The notes beneath the pieces are model-generated. The model ran no database searches, was not told the origin of the DNA, and saw only the letters and a list, made by a program, of their open reading frames with translations. Made by a program: the position numbers and the translations under genes. A stretch of 64,000 bases of DNA from Trichoplax adhaerens (lineage: Eukaryota > Animalia > Placozoa), in contig NW_002060946.1 of the NCBI RefSeq assembly GCF_000150275.1, positions 7,049,855 through 7,113,854 of the forward strand. The letters are read 5' to 3'. Positions 15,901 to 29,600 of this stretch are shown here, piece by piece; positions within the stretch are counted from its first letter, which is position 1, and each line of letters starts with the position of its first letter.

Positions 15901-18900
15901 ACGAAACATAGCATCATATGCTAGGTAGTCCTATCAATCGATAAATGGAATAGATTCCATGGGTTTTGATATCGAGTATTAAGATGCTGGTAGTAATATT
16001 TCGATGTTCTGTAGTCAACTCGAAGTTGCAATCACTTTTAATTGCATTTATCAATAATAGCTAATTTGTGGCCATCAGGTAAATATATGTCACAGTACGA
16101 ACTACCGTTTAAAACTGAATGACTAAAATTAGTGAATTAACATTTATATATGGTAATAACTATTAACGGCTTACAGCAAGAACCACGGCAGTTTTTTATT
16201 TGTTACCGTAAATTATGCTGCACTGTAGCAGGAGTTGTTATATAGTAACTGATGTTGATTGATCACAGTGCTATGTCTTGTGGTGCTTGTGATTAAGGGA
16301 TATTGAATCCCTGAAACTTTAAAGATTTGTTTTACGTTATCTTTGTCACGAAACTGGTTTGTGACAATATGTTATCTGTTTCTTTCATTAGTGAAATATT
16401 TCCATTCAAACTATATGCTCTGCTAGAAGAACTGTCCTGTAACCGGCTGTATCCCCGATATTCTCGTAAAGATGAATTAGATTAACGTTTTGATTAAGAT
16501 TTCATGCGCGTTCTCGACATGAATAACGTAATACTCTACAGGAAGATAGATTATTGCAATCGATCATAATTTCTATTTTAGGTATTCTTAATAGCAACTT
16601 ACATAATTCGCATAATGTGCGTGCATCACTGCTACAAGAGCGAGTTTTCCATTTCCAGCTGCTACCAATATATTCGATAACGACACATCGATATCCGGCA
16701 ACGTTAGGCTCGTCGGTGTCCCAATTTGTATAATTTCCGGTAGACTTATTCAGGCTCAGCCATACAAAATCATTTGGGCCATTTAAGTTATGAACATCAT
16801 ATAAATCTAACCAGTAAATTTTATTTGTAAGCACTTCAGAAGTAGCAGCAGCTAATCGTTGCGAAGAGTTTAGGGTAACCACATTTCCGCCTATGTTTGC
16901 ACAAAAACTCTCAGAATCAGCAAATGAACGCTGGCCATAATTTTCTATTCCGTAGCATAACCCTTCAAACAAGACGTAATTAGGTGGACAAATCGGTACT
17001 GTTGCAGCTAAAGTGGTATCAAAAATGGAATTCAAATTAGTATATCTAACATTGATCAGTGATTTTGCAAACATTAGCTAATTGATAGGTACCGTAATCG
17101 ATCAAATGATACTATACTATTTTATATTAAAACCCATGGTACATTTTTGTGATGAGAAGTCATAATTATAAATGTAAATCATATACAAGTAGCTGGATAT
17201 GGATCCTAATTGGCACAACAACTGCGATATTTAGAAATCATCTAAGTTTCGATTTGAACAAGCTCAAATTATGATGAGACAGCAATATAATCGCGAAATG
17301 ATCTAAAGAACACAACGTAAGGCGAAAATTAAAATTAAAGTAATACATTATATTTACAGTTGAAATGCATAATTAAATAAGAGTCCACTTGGATTTTAAC
17401 TGAAGGTAATAAATGAACTAATTCTAAAAAAATATACTGACAATAGTCGCTTATTGGCCTGCTAGTATTATTAAAATGTAACTTAGCTGTTAATAAAATA
17501 ACCAGCATTCTATTCAAACTGTCTGTGTCTACTCTTCTAATTTGATTCGCAATAGTTAATCATACATGATTATTAACTTGTGATAGAAGCTGTCGGGTGT
17601 AATGTAAAATAATTTTAATAATTTTAATTTTGAACGAATACGAAGCATTTCTTGCATCATCTACTTTGAACGATGCTAGCCAACTATGAAAAGCATAAAT
17701 TGCATAAGCCAGGCGTTGATACTGTTATTGACGAAAAACTTTAATTTTTTACGTATTGGATAAAATCAATCTGCATAGCTTTCATGTGATTAAAATAATT
17801 GGAAAGAATGTCTACTAAGGTTATAGAATTTATATTTAAGTGTATTTACAAAAGAAGCAATCATCCCAATCAATATACCTGCATTAGTTAAATATCTTGA
17901 GCGTTTTACGATCCATATCGTTAATAGCTAAATATAAATCGAAATAAACAACACGTTAATATGAGACAATTTACACTATTATTGCATGAATACTCGATAT
18001 TAGTATTGCTCTACACTGTATAGCTGCTATGGCAATCATGTTCTCGAATTTTTAAATGCATGAAAGCTATAAAGTGACTATATATTAAAAATAGCAAATT
18101 TGTCTCGATGATTCATTCACTTAAATGAATGTTAAATAAAACTAATCTCTATCTCTATCATATTTATATATAGCATCTGGTTCGATATTAATGAGTCGGC
18201 AGAGTTTTAAATTGGTTTCAATAAGACTATTCAATTTCAAGGTGTAATAACTGAAAAAATATTCAATGAAACGTTGTTCTTCTTGCATTCAGACGAATGT
18301 CTAGGATAATTTAAAAAATTAGATTTTAATTTCTTTATAAGACTGGTATATTTTTTGTCCTCCTAATGTTATTAATGTTGTTAGCAAATGAAATCTTAAT
18401 GCATGCATAATATTAGTTTCCACCAACAGCTGATACGTAATATTGTAGAGCTAGAAGTCTTGACTATCAATCATTTTTGTGATAAAATTTCATATTGGCT
18501 TACAATTGTAAGTCGAAATTCAAATAATAAATGGCTTTGACTACAAACTAGTTAAAATAAAACAATTCCGGAACGAATATAAAAATAGTTATTGGATCTA
18601 TATTTCATATTATATTTCTATTAAACTAAGACCTATGATTATCTGTTTTGCAGCTAGAGAGTTCTCAATATAATTAAAAGCTTCCAAGAATGGCTTTACC
18701 AGTAATTAATAGGTATTACATCCAATGTAGCTTCCCTACTATGTGGTTAAATTAAAAGTTATTTAAGAAAATCTGAAGTAAAAATGCGTTGAGTTAGACA
18801 CTAGCGGGAGATTATCCTTGATAACTTTTTAAATTAAGTATCTTAATACTTTGCAATAATTTATAACTCACGCTTAGTTCTCAAAATCAATTGATATTTC

Positions 18901-20773
18901 AAGATTATGGCATATTAACAAAACGTTATTATGAAGCCTTCTATAGAACGAGCTACTAATCACTTTGAAACTAGATGAACTGGACATGTTTTTGTAAATT
19001 CAACTTCTCCGAAAGATGTAGGACTCTAGCAGGATTATGATCTAACTAAGTATTGCCTGCCGATATCTCTAGGGTTAATACTAATGGTTGAATACGATAT
19101 TCGCAGACAGGCCGTTTACTATTAACATGATAAGAGCGCTTGTATGCAGGAGAAATAAGTACATTAAATAAAACCAAACTTAGCTCTAGTAAACTACTTT
19201 ATTTGTGACTTTCTATCCATAAAATTTCTATCAAAGTCTGCAGATTGAAATTAGTATTCACATTATCGACTACATTAATTTCAAAAGAATACAAAAAATT
19301 TGAATAATAGTATTTTAATATCAGCACCTCCATCTGAAGATATTATGAAACACCCTATTATTATTTAAACTGTTAGCAAATTAATTAACTTTGACAGATA
19401 ACTGTTCCCAAGGGAATATTTTCGAGAATAATAGTGGGCAAGATCTGAAATTTCATGAATAAACTTAGTTTTAGCCCCAAAATTACGTTACTCTAGCATT
19501 ATGACATGGTACAGTTAAGGCTATATACGGTTGAATAACTGAATCAACTGCTATTAGGGTACTAACGCAAATTAATCGTGATATTCAACAAGAACAAGAG
19601 ACAGCTTTCGAAATTTAAATGAAATCTATTAATAGCGTAACATACGCATAGTAACGAAATTATGATAAAATAAATATTTGATCTGCTACCATTTACTCAT
19701 TCTTTGCGAAATCGTGCAACATCAATCAGCTCAGACTGAAATAGATTCATTTTTGTATCTCTTTTATTCTCTAACATAACTGATTAAGAAAGCAAGTTTT
19801 TATCGAGGCCTTTTGGTCGTCATTATTCTTACTTTTGTAATTTTCTTTCAAGCAATAAGCTATTATACTAGTTAATTCATTGTTAGATATAATGCTTTGT
19901 ATACGGCAACATTGAAGCCCTATCTACATCAACATTTCCATAAACTGTATTACTTGGCAAAGTAGTGCTGTAGCAATACAGCTTTTAAATGTTGTTAACT
20001 TTATAGCGCTTATGGTCCAGTAGTTAATGTACATACTGTGATTATTCGATGAGTTTTCGGTGGTGTAGATAGTGTATTTAGTATTTAATAAGCACGATAC
20101 AATTTTTAATTGAGAAGGACTATTTCGGTAGGCTGGCCATGTAGACAAGTAAAAATTAGAAGCAAAAAATAAAGGAAGCCAATAAAGAAAAAGTAGTAAT
20201 TTCGAGCTTAAAACCAATAAAAAATATCACGTCTAAGACAATCGATTTGAAAAATAATTTTAGGATTGGATATTAACAGCAAATTTTCTATCCATATACG
20301 TATGACTAATTTTCTTCGTGTACATATTTAATCTGACATTTTCGTAGTACGATCAGAACCATATGGTAAATCCTCCAACGATAGCGATTGATATGTAGCG
20401 TTTTAGTGCATTAAATATTTTTATTGGCAGTATTTTACAGTATTAAAACCTCTATAAATGAACCATTTAAGAATTAATAATTAGTAAATATGCCATACAG
20501 GACAAACTCTAATGTATTTGTATTGCGCACATTGATTCAGAAATAACTTTTTCGATAACTGCTAAAATTAGAGTCCACACATTGCACTTGATGATCAACC
20601 TCATACTGATATTACTATTATCGAAGCGATTATTTCGGTAAATTCATGTAGGCGATTTTTCGATACACGAATATATTATCAAAAATGACCGATAGTTCCT
20701 TCTTAATTTTGTTCAGACTTACCAATACCATATAGTGATGAGTTTTCGAGGAAAGTTGATATATTAAGACCAT
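3903..20773 (-). CDS. Adhesion GPCR paralogue A (signal peptide + C-type lectin + Ser/Thr stalk + GAIN/GPS + 7TM), spliced, ~1179 aa
   Basis: Exons in transcript order, GT-AG with matching phases: 20723-20773, 17879-17927, 16603-17007 (CTLD), 14071-15148 (S/T), 13826-13901, 13562-13747, 12065-12133, 10853-10961, 10470-10610, 9734-9815, 9502-9616, 9336-9400 (CVFW), 9118-9235 ([22 protein letters not shown]), 8622-8725 (TM1), 8043-8148, 7659-7809 (FSWMLAEGIHLY..IGWG), 7495-7561, 6010-6076 (CWLS..WAFTGP), 5587-5684, 5316-5442 ([16 protein letters not shown]), 5099-5166 (contains N gap), 4868-4960, 4586-4661, 4069-4100, 3903-3935. First two and last three exons are less certain. Confidence 0.88.
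5109..5158. other. Assembly gap (50 N) inside a coding exon of gene A
   Basis: Run of N between the two halves of the exon homologous to 31084-31125. Confidence 0.95.
6848..7440 (+). mobile_element. Probable solo LTR, family 4 (593 bp), in gene A intron
   Basis: TGTTAC...GTGACA; perfect TSD ATATA; AATAAA at 7242; absent at ~34185 in gene B. Confidence 0.75.
12657..12680. repeat. (AATT)n microsatellite
   Basis: About six AATT units in a row. Confidence 0.8.
14071..15148 (-). CDS. Ser/Thr-rich mucin-like stalk exon of gene A
   Basis: 1078 nt open frame rich in Ser/Thr; ttcag acceptor and gtatgt donor; covers ORF 14055-14975. Confidence 0.88.
16088..16366 (+). mobile_element. Internally deleted family 2 element (279 bp), in gene A intron
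   Basis: TGTCAC...GTGACA; flanks ATATA/ATATG; matches both ends of 36736-37304 but lacks ~290 bp of the middle. Confidence 0.75.
16603..17007 (-). CDS. C-type lectin domain exon of gene A
   Basis: CP..Y....LCY, F..SE.FC...GG, YWL, W...EPN, RCV, WK...C.....LCE; 405 nt phase-1/phase-1 exon inside ORF 16502-17074. Confidence 0.92.
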
Positions 20774-23334
20774 GATTTAATCTAAATCGGTCGGAGATAT
20801 AATAACTTAAAAATAATTGGTCAGCTAAGTCATAAAATTACTCTAGCAGCGGTTTGCAATAAATACACGAGTGTTGTTCCTGACGGTATGCCAGGCTATT
20901 CTTAAATAGTGGAGAAAACCAATGATAAACAGTTGACTATTGTTAAGTGATTACAGTTAATTATTATGCTATTCGGCTATTCTACGAATGTAAGGGCTTA
21001 TAATTTTTATCTATATATATTAAATTCATGAAATAATGCAATAATTAGATATCCTTATTCCCTTTGCACTTTATGTTAATGCATGTTATTTATAAATGGT
21101 TACTTTTAATTATTGTCAATTGACCTATTTGATATGCCATAATATTCAAAATTTGTTTATTTAATGCAGTCAGCTCTTTATTTGCAGATAACCTTTGTTT
21201 TTTTAATACTGTGCTGTAATTACTAGAAATAAATTTGTTTTATTAATTTCATAATATAATAATTTGGAGACATGAATTGTATATTCAAATTGGATCCAGT
21301 TTATGGCAAAGATAAACAAAATATTATTCACAAGTTTGCAAGATGACCAGTAGTAAATGAAAACCTTTATTATTAATATCCATAAATTAAACATTATCAC
21401 CACTTCTACCTTATAATGTTGACTGATGGCTTAAGAATGGGATCATACGTCATATATACTATAAAAGATCATATTAAAAGCATTAAATTACATGCAGTGC
21501 GAATAATTTAACAATCATACAAATATTGTCAAATAAGCCAAATGATCTTAGTTTGATGGATAGATTTAATTAGGTGGATAGGTCTATGCATGCACTATAA
21601 TTTTCGCCATATGCCAGCAGCGTATTTTATGCAGCTTATTTCCTGCTACTAAGCTTCCATTATACCGTCATTTTTTTGAATATGACCTAAATAAAGTGTA
21701 ATATAGATATCAGCATTATAACCAATCAAATAGTTTCACAGATTAAGTGCTTGTAGAATGTGACTACTGTAATATCAGGTATTAAAGTATTATCACCTTA
21801 GTCGAATGATTAATGTAAAGTTTAATTACGAATATCAGTCCCCTAAAATATCCAATTAGAATATTTAATCTACGTTGCTTTGGCACCTTAACGTCAAAAT
21901 ATTATCCAATTCCAAAGCCGGAATCAATAATCTTATTATCAGTAGCAGTATAAATAAAATTAGCAATTAAATATATAATTGTAGAATAGCTTAAAGTCAT
22001 TTTATAATATCAGTATTACTCTATACAGCAATAAAATCTCATTTTCATACGTAGATTGTATTGTTACCCTAAATATTTAATCTACATGCATTATTAAAAT
22101 CTGTACGGTTTTGAAGATTGAATAGACAAAGCAGATAAACGCTATAGAAAATGGTATTTACCTCATTAATTAACCAATAGTGATATTTCAACGAGACACA
22201 GTAAATTTTTTTTTCATTTATATGATATAGAGTCTCTAATTATATTCACTATCAGCATCATTCCAGTTATATATTATTCATTGATTAATTTCATTAATTG
22301 TAGCAGAACATCGTTACAAATCTCCTGTTATGAAAGTTACTTAATATCAATAGTAAATTGTCTATTTTCATATTTATTAAATTATATCATATTTCAAATA
22401 TATTATCTCATGGAAGAGTCTTTTTGTATCTATTTCAACAATACACTACTTCGTTAATTTTTAATTTTTTTATAGAAGTTGACTATTTAAGTTAGATCAT
22501 AACACCAATTAAAATCTAAGAATTTCGTCAAGATGATATTTACACAAGCCTATTTTTAATACCTTATAATATGTCTACGAGGCAAATAATTTTAGTGTAG
22601 AGATCTTTTTGGTACCAGAATTCCCTCAATATTCACACGTGTTATAGTCAAATAGAAGCTATAGCCGATTTCAAGGTGGATAGTTGGTGCCTATACCAAT
22701 ATTGCTCTTCATCAATTACATTAAATCGTAATTGTATTAGCAGTTCAAGTTTGTTTAAAAATATGCACACTTAACACAATTATCTAACTTATTCATATAC
22801 CTTCTTACTGTCCCAAAAAGGTGACTGTTACTATTTTGATAAATAAACAAGGCTAACTACGTGATATAGCAACTGGAAGTGGAATTTTAAGATTAAGATC
22901 CTAGATTTTATATCACTAAAACCGATTATCAGTACATAAAAAAGAGGTAGTTTAAGACCAATCAGTCTCTTCATAATAACTAAATCAACTAATTTGTAGG
23001 AAGACGTAAAAAATTAGTTTGATAGTCGTCTCAGATTTTATAATTTTTTTAGTAATTTCTTTTCATGTCTTGTTTTATTTGAATAAAATTCTTATATACG
23101 AGTAAAAGGGCATAAAATTAGCCCGAATTGTATTTAATTTATCAACAGCATTATACTATACCTAAATAGGTCCACTATCTGGAAAACATTGAATCCACAG
23201 ATATGCTTAATTTAGTTGACTATAACAATAACACATAAAGTAGAGTGGGCGTAAATTGCTAGTAGTGAACCATCTCATACTGGTAGTAAATGCATGGTAA
23301 TAATTATCCACAGGAAAATTTTACGAAATAGCAA

Positions 23335-23595
23335 TGTTACGGATTTACTAGCGTTTCTGTATCTAACTATATGATTTCTTGTATTGCATTCATATCGGTT
23401 TTACTGCAACCTTATCAGAGCTTAACGGCACTAGTTCTGTTCCGTACTAGATCAGTATAGGTACTGTATTGTACAGTGTATAAGGTGGTAAGAAATCAGA
23501 ATAAAGGTAGATATTCACGTGGAAACTTAGCTGCCGATCTCGCTTCAGTTGATTGAGAGCATACCAAAAATCAGACGCTATCGTTACCACTAACA
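23335..23595 (+). mobile_element. Short solo-LTR-like element, family 6 (261 bp)
   Basis: TGTTA...TAACA; perfect TSD AGCAA; AATAAA at 23500; empty site at ~50850 in the sister duplicate. Confidence 0.75.
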
Positions 23596-24505
23596 AGCAA
23601 GGATATACGAGCATCAAATAAAATTTTCGGACATTTATTTTATAGATTAACTCACTCAGATAATGTTACAGTAGTAATCATTTACTGTTTGAACTAAAAA
23701 TCATTGTTCTAGAAGCTATTTTGCCTTGCCGACTAGTTCTACTAATTGTATTGCTCACATTTAAGGAAAATCATTAATTGACGTCTGCAATAGAAATTAA
23801 AAGAATGGTAAAATATTTGTTATAACTTTATATTAAGCATACATATCACTAATGCATATAATACACAATTACACATCATAACACCTTATCATCTGTAATG
23901 ACATTCGGTATAGTGAGGCTACTATGCTCTGATAAGGCATACAGTGAAATTTATCTGTAACCAATCATCGGATTAATATTGTATAGTCTTTAGTGTTATG
24001 GCTGCTAGACCACTTATAAGAATGAAACGTGTAAGCAAAGCGAGTTTTATGAATTTACAGTACAGAATTACAGCAAATTTACGCTAATTCTAAGGCTAGA
24101 AGTATCTGATTTCTTAAGTGCATCATACAACTTTTGAAATATAAATTCTATCGTTACATTTCGGTTATTGCTATATTTAATTTCTTTCGAAATAACTTAT
24201 TTGGAATAAAAAACAAAATATTTCCGATAATTTCACTTCCGCAAATGGTTCACTTCCCACAGCCTTAGATACTAAGATAACAATTCTCCAAAAAAATAAA
24301 TTATTGATGAATTTAGCTTGTTATTGCGGCTTTACTACCGGAAATTATCAACTTTTGGCATTTTTAGAAGCTATGTATCTGAACGTGACCGTATGCGAAG
24401 TCGGTCATTTTGCAAACTGCCCGTACACATAAACTTCGAGTGCTTATAACGTAGTCAACATTGAACTTCTTCCCTTCAGAATATTATTTAATCTAGATAT
24501 AATAC

Positions 24506-25067
24506 TGTAATGTAACTTAGTATTGTGATTGTAGACTGTTGGCCATGTTTAGTATAATGTACGTTAGCGTAACTTCTACATTTATCCTAAGAGATATTTG
24601 GTAGCCATAACTATTGACTGTAGTGGTATAGACTCTATGCTAGAGTACAGATGACTATATACAGTAAGGTGTTGAGTTACGAATAAGGTTATAGGTAAAA
24701 ATAGAACCGTCAATTATATATTAGGATATGGTTAATTCATTGTACTTTGGCTGATGTGAATAATGTCTACGTAAATACTGTAGTCGTATCCATATCGGAT
24801 TAATGATGGTCCGCAGTAGAATAGTCTTACTAAGAATTATTTTACTATGTGTAAAATAAGGTAAAAGGTTACCATGCAGATTGTAGCTGCGAATGCTACA
24901 AAAAGTATAAAAGCATGCAACTTTAGATTATTCTGTTAGTTCGTTGTAGAAGTCTTTAGTAGTAGTATTCGGCTAAAGTAGAGCTGTGTGTACTTAATCT
25001 TTGTATAAGATCCAATAAAGCCCTTATTTTTCTAAAATTTGGAATTTCGTGATCGATATATATCACA
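24506..25067 (+). mobile_element. Probable solo LTR, family 1a (562 bp)
   Basis: TGTAATGTAAC...ATATCACA; perfect TSD AATAC; TATAAAA near 24906 and AATAAA near 25014; empty site at ~51506 in the sister duplicate. Confidence 0.85.
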
Positions 25068-26111
25068 AATACATAAATTCTGAAACAGCTTATTCCCATC
25101 AGGTGAAATACGGTTTCACTATTAAGAAACAACGGATCAAAAGTATTTACTTCAGTAAATCCTTTCTATTTATACATAAAGCCATATTGATGTTTTTAAA
25201 TAATTAACCTCTTTTAAGTTAGAATTAACTTGAGCTATAATACAAATATTTCTGTATGAATCGTCCAGACGTAATTAAATGATTTAGTTTAACCCATGTT
25301 CTTTCCGGACTGTTTGTTACGGAGCAAGAGAATATTACCCTAAATCTTATATAAATGCCAATAGTGGAGATGTTTTTGCATTAGTACCTTAAATTTATGG
25401 GAATATCTATTTATCTACAAAAATTATTAGACGAAAGATATACGTAGTGTAAGGATTTTAATCCTAAAAAAAACTACCGTAAATAGCTGAAATCATTACA
25501 ATACTTTCCAATAAATTTTGTAGTCACCGAAAACTGTTTAACGATACGATATTTACAGGTATCGCCAGCTTATTAAGATATTGCTATTATATCACGGATA
25601 CCTGGCATACTTGCCCATATTTGTAATGCAAGTGTAATCAATTATATAGGTACTAGGAAAGAAATATATTCCGAAATTACTTGTATAACTATGAGAAAAC
25701 AATATCGTATAATCATTTTTGTTACTATCTCTAATGAAGCTTAATTTTTAGAATTCTCCTTCAAGCTTATTTATTCAGGTACTATTCTACATACTGTGCG
25801 GCTTTGCCGTAACAGATACGGCATAGCGGTATCGTTCGATGGGGGCCAAAGGTGGATATAAAAGTGGAGCTAAACTTATAGACGGAAGGGTGGAATAAGT
25901 ATTACAGCTTTAAAAATACTTTAATTTGGTTTAACTACAGTAAATTTTACTTAGTATCGGAATACATTGTAAACCCGACTCCATTATTTATTTCAGTTCA
26001 GTTATATCCTCTACCGGATACAATTAAACAAGTTTATAAAATTTTAATGATTCTACAAGATTTTACCTTACTAGAGGAATTGAAAAAGTGACAATTTAAT
26101 TTATTTATACC

Positions 26112-26671
26112 TGTGATAAAATCCGATCACAAAAATTTCAAAGTTGCAGAAATTGAAACTTTATTAGATCTAATACAAAGACGAGCTACACACAGCTTTA
26201 CTCTAACCGAATAAAACTGCTGAAAGACTTCTAGATAGAACAACTAGATAATCTAATGTCTCCTACTTTTATACCCTCCGTAGCCTTCGCAGCTACAATC
26301 AGCAAAGCAGCATTCTGCCATATTTTATACATATTTAGCTTATTATTAGTCACAATATTTTACAGCGAACCATCATTAATCAAGTATAGAAATGATTGCA
26401 GTATTTTTATAGACATTATTCCTACCACTCACTGTACAATAAACTAGCATATGCCGGTATATGATTTACGATTCTATTTCTACCCCTAACCTTATTAGTA
26501 GCTCAACACCTTACTATATATATTCATCTGTATTCTAGCATAGAGTCAATCCTTACAGTCTATAATTATGGGCTACCAAATATATCATAAAATAAATATA
26601 GGAAAGACACTACCGTATATCATACTAAATATGGCTAATAGTCTACAATCACAATACTAAGCTACTTTACA
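26112..26671 (-). mobile_element. Probable solo LTR, family 1b (560 bp)
   Basis: Reverse complement of 32966-33563; TG...CA ends; flanks ATACC/ATAAC; clearly related to family 1a. Confidence 0.8.
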
Positions 26672-29600
26672 ATAACATACGTAATTCTAGTTTTACTGTC
26701 TACTTATTTAACTGAAAGCAAAATAACAATATAAACTAGTAGAAATTTTTAAATCTCTACTGTAGATATCTTTGAAATACTTATTATTTGACAACTTTAT
26801 TTTTTTGGTGAGAGATGATTTATGAAATAGTATATAAGCAAAGGACGTGATGAAAGTTAGAACCAATTTTACAGTTGGACCTGGACATGGGTATGAATAA
26901 GAAATTCATTTGGCAATTTCGAACTACGCATCGGTACTAGATTATTTGGATTCCATAATTTTTGAGGGTATCAAAACTTGTATTAAATTTAGCCATCATG
27001 ATAAGTTGGGTTTTTGAATCAAAATTAGCGTATTCGGATTAAATCTAATAAGTTGAAATTACATTAGCAATGCTTACGATGTGCTTCCTACTTTTTCATC
27101 TTAGCTTATGAATTTTAATAGTAGCTATAGATATCAATAATCAACATTACAATTAATGGAAATCGGGAGTATTTATGCGTCAATATGTCGAATTATGGGG
27201 ATGAAGCCTTGCCGTAAACAAGAGGCGCTGCAGTAGTTTATTTAAACGAAGCTAAATTGAATAACTACACGATGAAGCTTATTCTATTCAGCAACTACAT
27301 TCATCTATGTTATTAATAAATGGATAAGACACCTTAACAACTTTTTGATAACGTATTATAGTAACTATCAGTAATAAAATCTAATAATGAATTACACTAA
27401 TTTCTTCAGTCTAGCACAGCGTCGAATATTGCAATAATTCAACCTGTTGTACAAAATAAGCCTTTAAAAGATTGAAAGATTTTATTTTGCTATTGCAAGC
27501 TTTAATTGAAGTATTCTGATTATTCAGTAAAATTTCACTATTCTTTTGACAAAGATACGAAAGAACAGGCTTATTAGTTTCAGAAAGCCGTAGATGTAAA
27601 ATTAATTTACGAGTATATGAAAATGTAATAAGCTATAGTCTGCGATAAATTTCAGTGGAAACAAATATATTTATCAGCAGAATAGATTAAGACGAAAGAT
27701 GCAGACATTAAATATCGTTAAGTTAAATCATATTCTTGTTTAATTAACAATATATGATAATGATAAAAGAAAATCCTAAACATGAGTAAGGTGTAGTAAA
27801 GGACGAAAGGTAGAGTCCTTTATAGCTTTTAGTATGTAACTAGTATTATTTTACTATAGAAAATACCTATAAAGTGATAGTGTCTTCAAGTTTTATCCTA
27901 CCAAATCATCATGGCGCCGTCTTTTCTTTATCATTATTTTACAAGGTATTATATAGATTACTATAGAAGTAGCCCTTGAGCAATCGCCTAATCTAAAGAA
28001 AGAGCGTTTGATAGTCCATTCAAATTGTAAATGAATTTGACTTAGTAACAAAACTCTATCCATAGAGAAAGAGGATTTATAACATGATAGTAAAGTACCG
28101 TAATGTAGTCTATAATCGTACAGTTAACGTACAACTTGACGCTAAAATATCAACTGCCAATACTAAGCGATACTAATGTCAGAAAAGTAGTCGTAGTAGT
28201 CATATAAAATTTCTTGACAAGCGATTACTGTGATCTTTGTAAAATCCGGATTTTTCGGATTCGGATTCCGGAACCGGTCGAATTTATCTGTTATAATTTT
28301 TTTGTATTAATTTATTTGTTATAATTTTTCTGTTTTAAGTTTTGGATTTTAGTTTATGGAAAATATCGTAAGGGTTGATTTTTGAAATTTGAACTTTTTG
28401 TTATGAATTTGAAACTTTGGAATTTTATGACGTGACATGAAAGTCACATTAGGAAAGTTTAGTTAGGAAATTAGAAAATAAGACGGCAGTTGGCAGAGGT
28501 TGTGCTGATTGTTAAGTAGTTAGACTGTTATTTTTACGACTAAATCTTGGTGCTTAAAGGTTAATTTTTAGACTTTTATAATGTATCAATGATAGAAATT
28601 ATGTTAGAAGTGAAGTTTGATGTATTTTATAGTTAACTTGTTGCCCTTATAGTGTTTTGTAATTAAGGGAATCATAGGGTAAATTGTGTCTGAACTTTGA
28701 ATGATTTTTGTTTTCTTAAACGGTGCTAAGTAGTTTTCTAAAATGGATCTTAAGAACGATTGGTTAGTAAATGTTTAATTTTAAATACCTCTGACGGCTC
28801 TACGAAGCTGCGATATAAATGATAGTGCAATTAGAAAATTTAGAGGGAGAGTAGAAGAAGATTCTTTTGAAGAACTTGTTGAATTTTAAAAGCCTTCGGG
28901 GTCGAATTATCATAAGTTAAAACGTTCTTCTTTTTGATAGTTTGTTTGGTTGTTGACAGTCTTTAAGTCTGTCACTTATTTTAGTAATACTTAAAGTTAT
29001 GTATTTGTAAGGCTGTTCGGTTTATACTTCTCTATTTATTTTCTTATAAATTGCTGTTCAATTGTTTCCTCAAATTTTATTTGGTGTTAAAGTTTTTTTT
29101 AAGTCGACCGGAGTGCAACGAAAGTAGAATCAAAGTTTATTAAAGTTTTGCAGCTTGATCTCTACACTTTTCATTTCATTACAAAGGTCATATATTTTTC
29201 TCTTTTAATTTGAAACATAACACGAGGCTACAAGAATTTCGAAATTTGTATACCGGTATCATCAGATACTACTGCCTTTGGTTTTTATTGACTACGCGTA
29301 CACTATACATAAATGTCAACGAAACCACAGGTCGATCTCATTTAATCATAAGATCAAGTATTTCAGTAAATACGCTATAAGTACTCGTTTTTAACAAATT
29401 TATCAATAATATGCACAAAATGATATTTCGGAATCATTAATGCTAGCCGGGGTAATAAATAGTAGTTATTTTAGTATGTAATACATATTTTAGGGTTACT
29501 GTATATTAGATTTGATGGAAGCTATTAATTGTTGTTAAAACTATGTTTATAAACATACGTACTAGTTATATGCTAAACTAGGTTATTAAAGTAAGAGACA

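Noticed and set aside
19924-21403. Hydrophobic ORFs 19924-20217 and 21203-21403 (also 3178-3384, 17335-17517, 39526-39783, 43362-43661, 55291-55479)
   Set aside because: AT-rich intronic or intergenic frames; where a paralogous region exists, no equivalent ORF is listed.
23818-24072. ~250 bp block present only in the gene A unit (also the unaligned block ~18445-19110)
   Set aside because: No convincing TSD or termini; could equally be deletions in the gene B unit.
26256-26447. 63-aa plus-strand ORF
   Set aside because: Lies wholly within a solo-LTR-like element; no gag/pol motifs.
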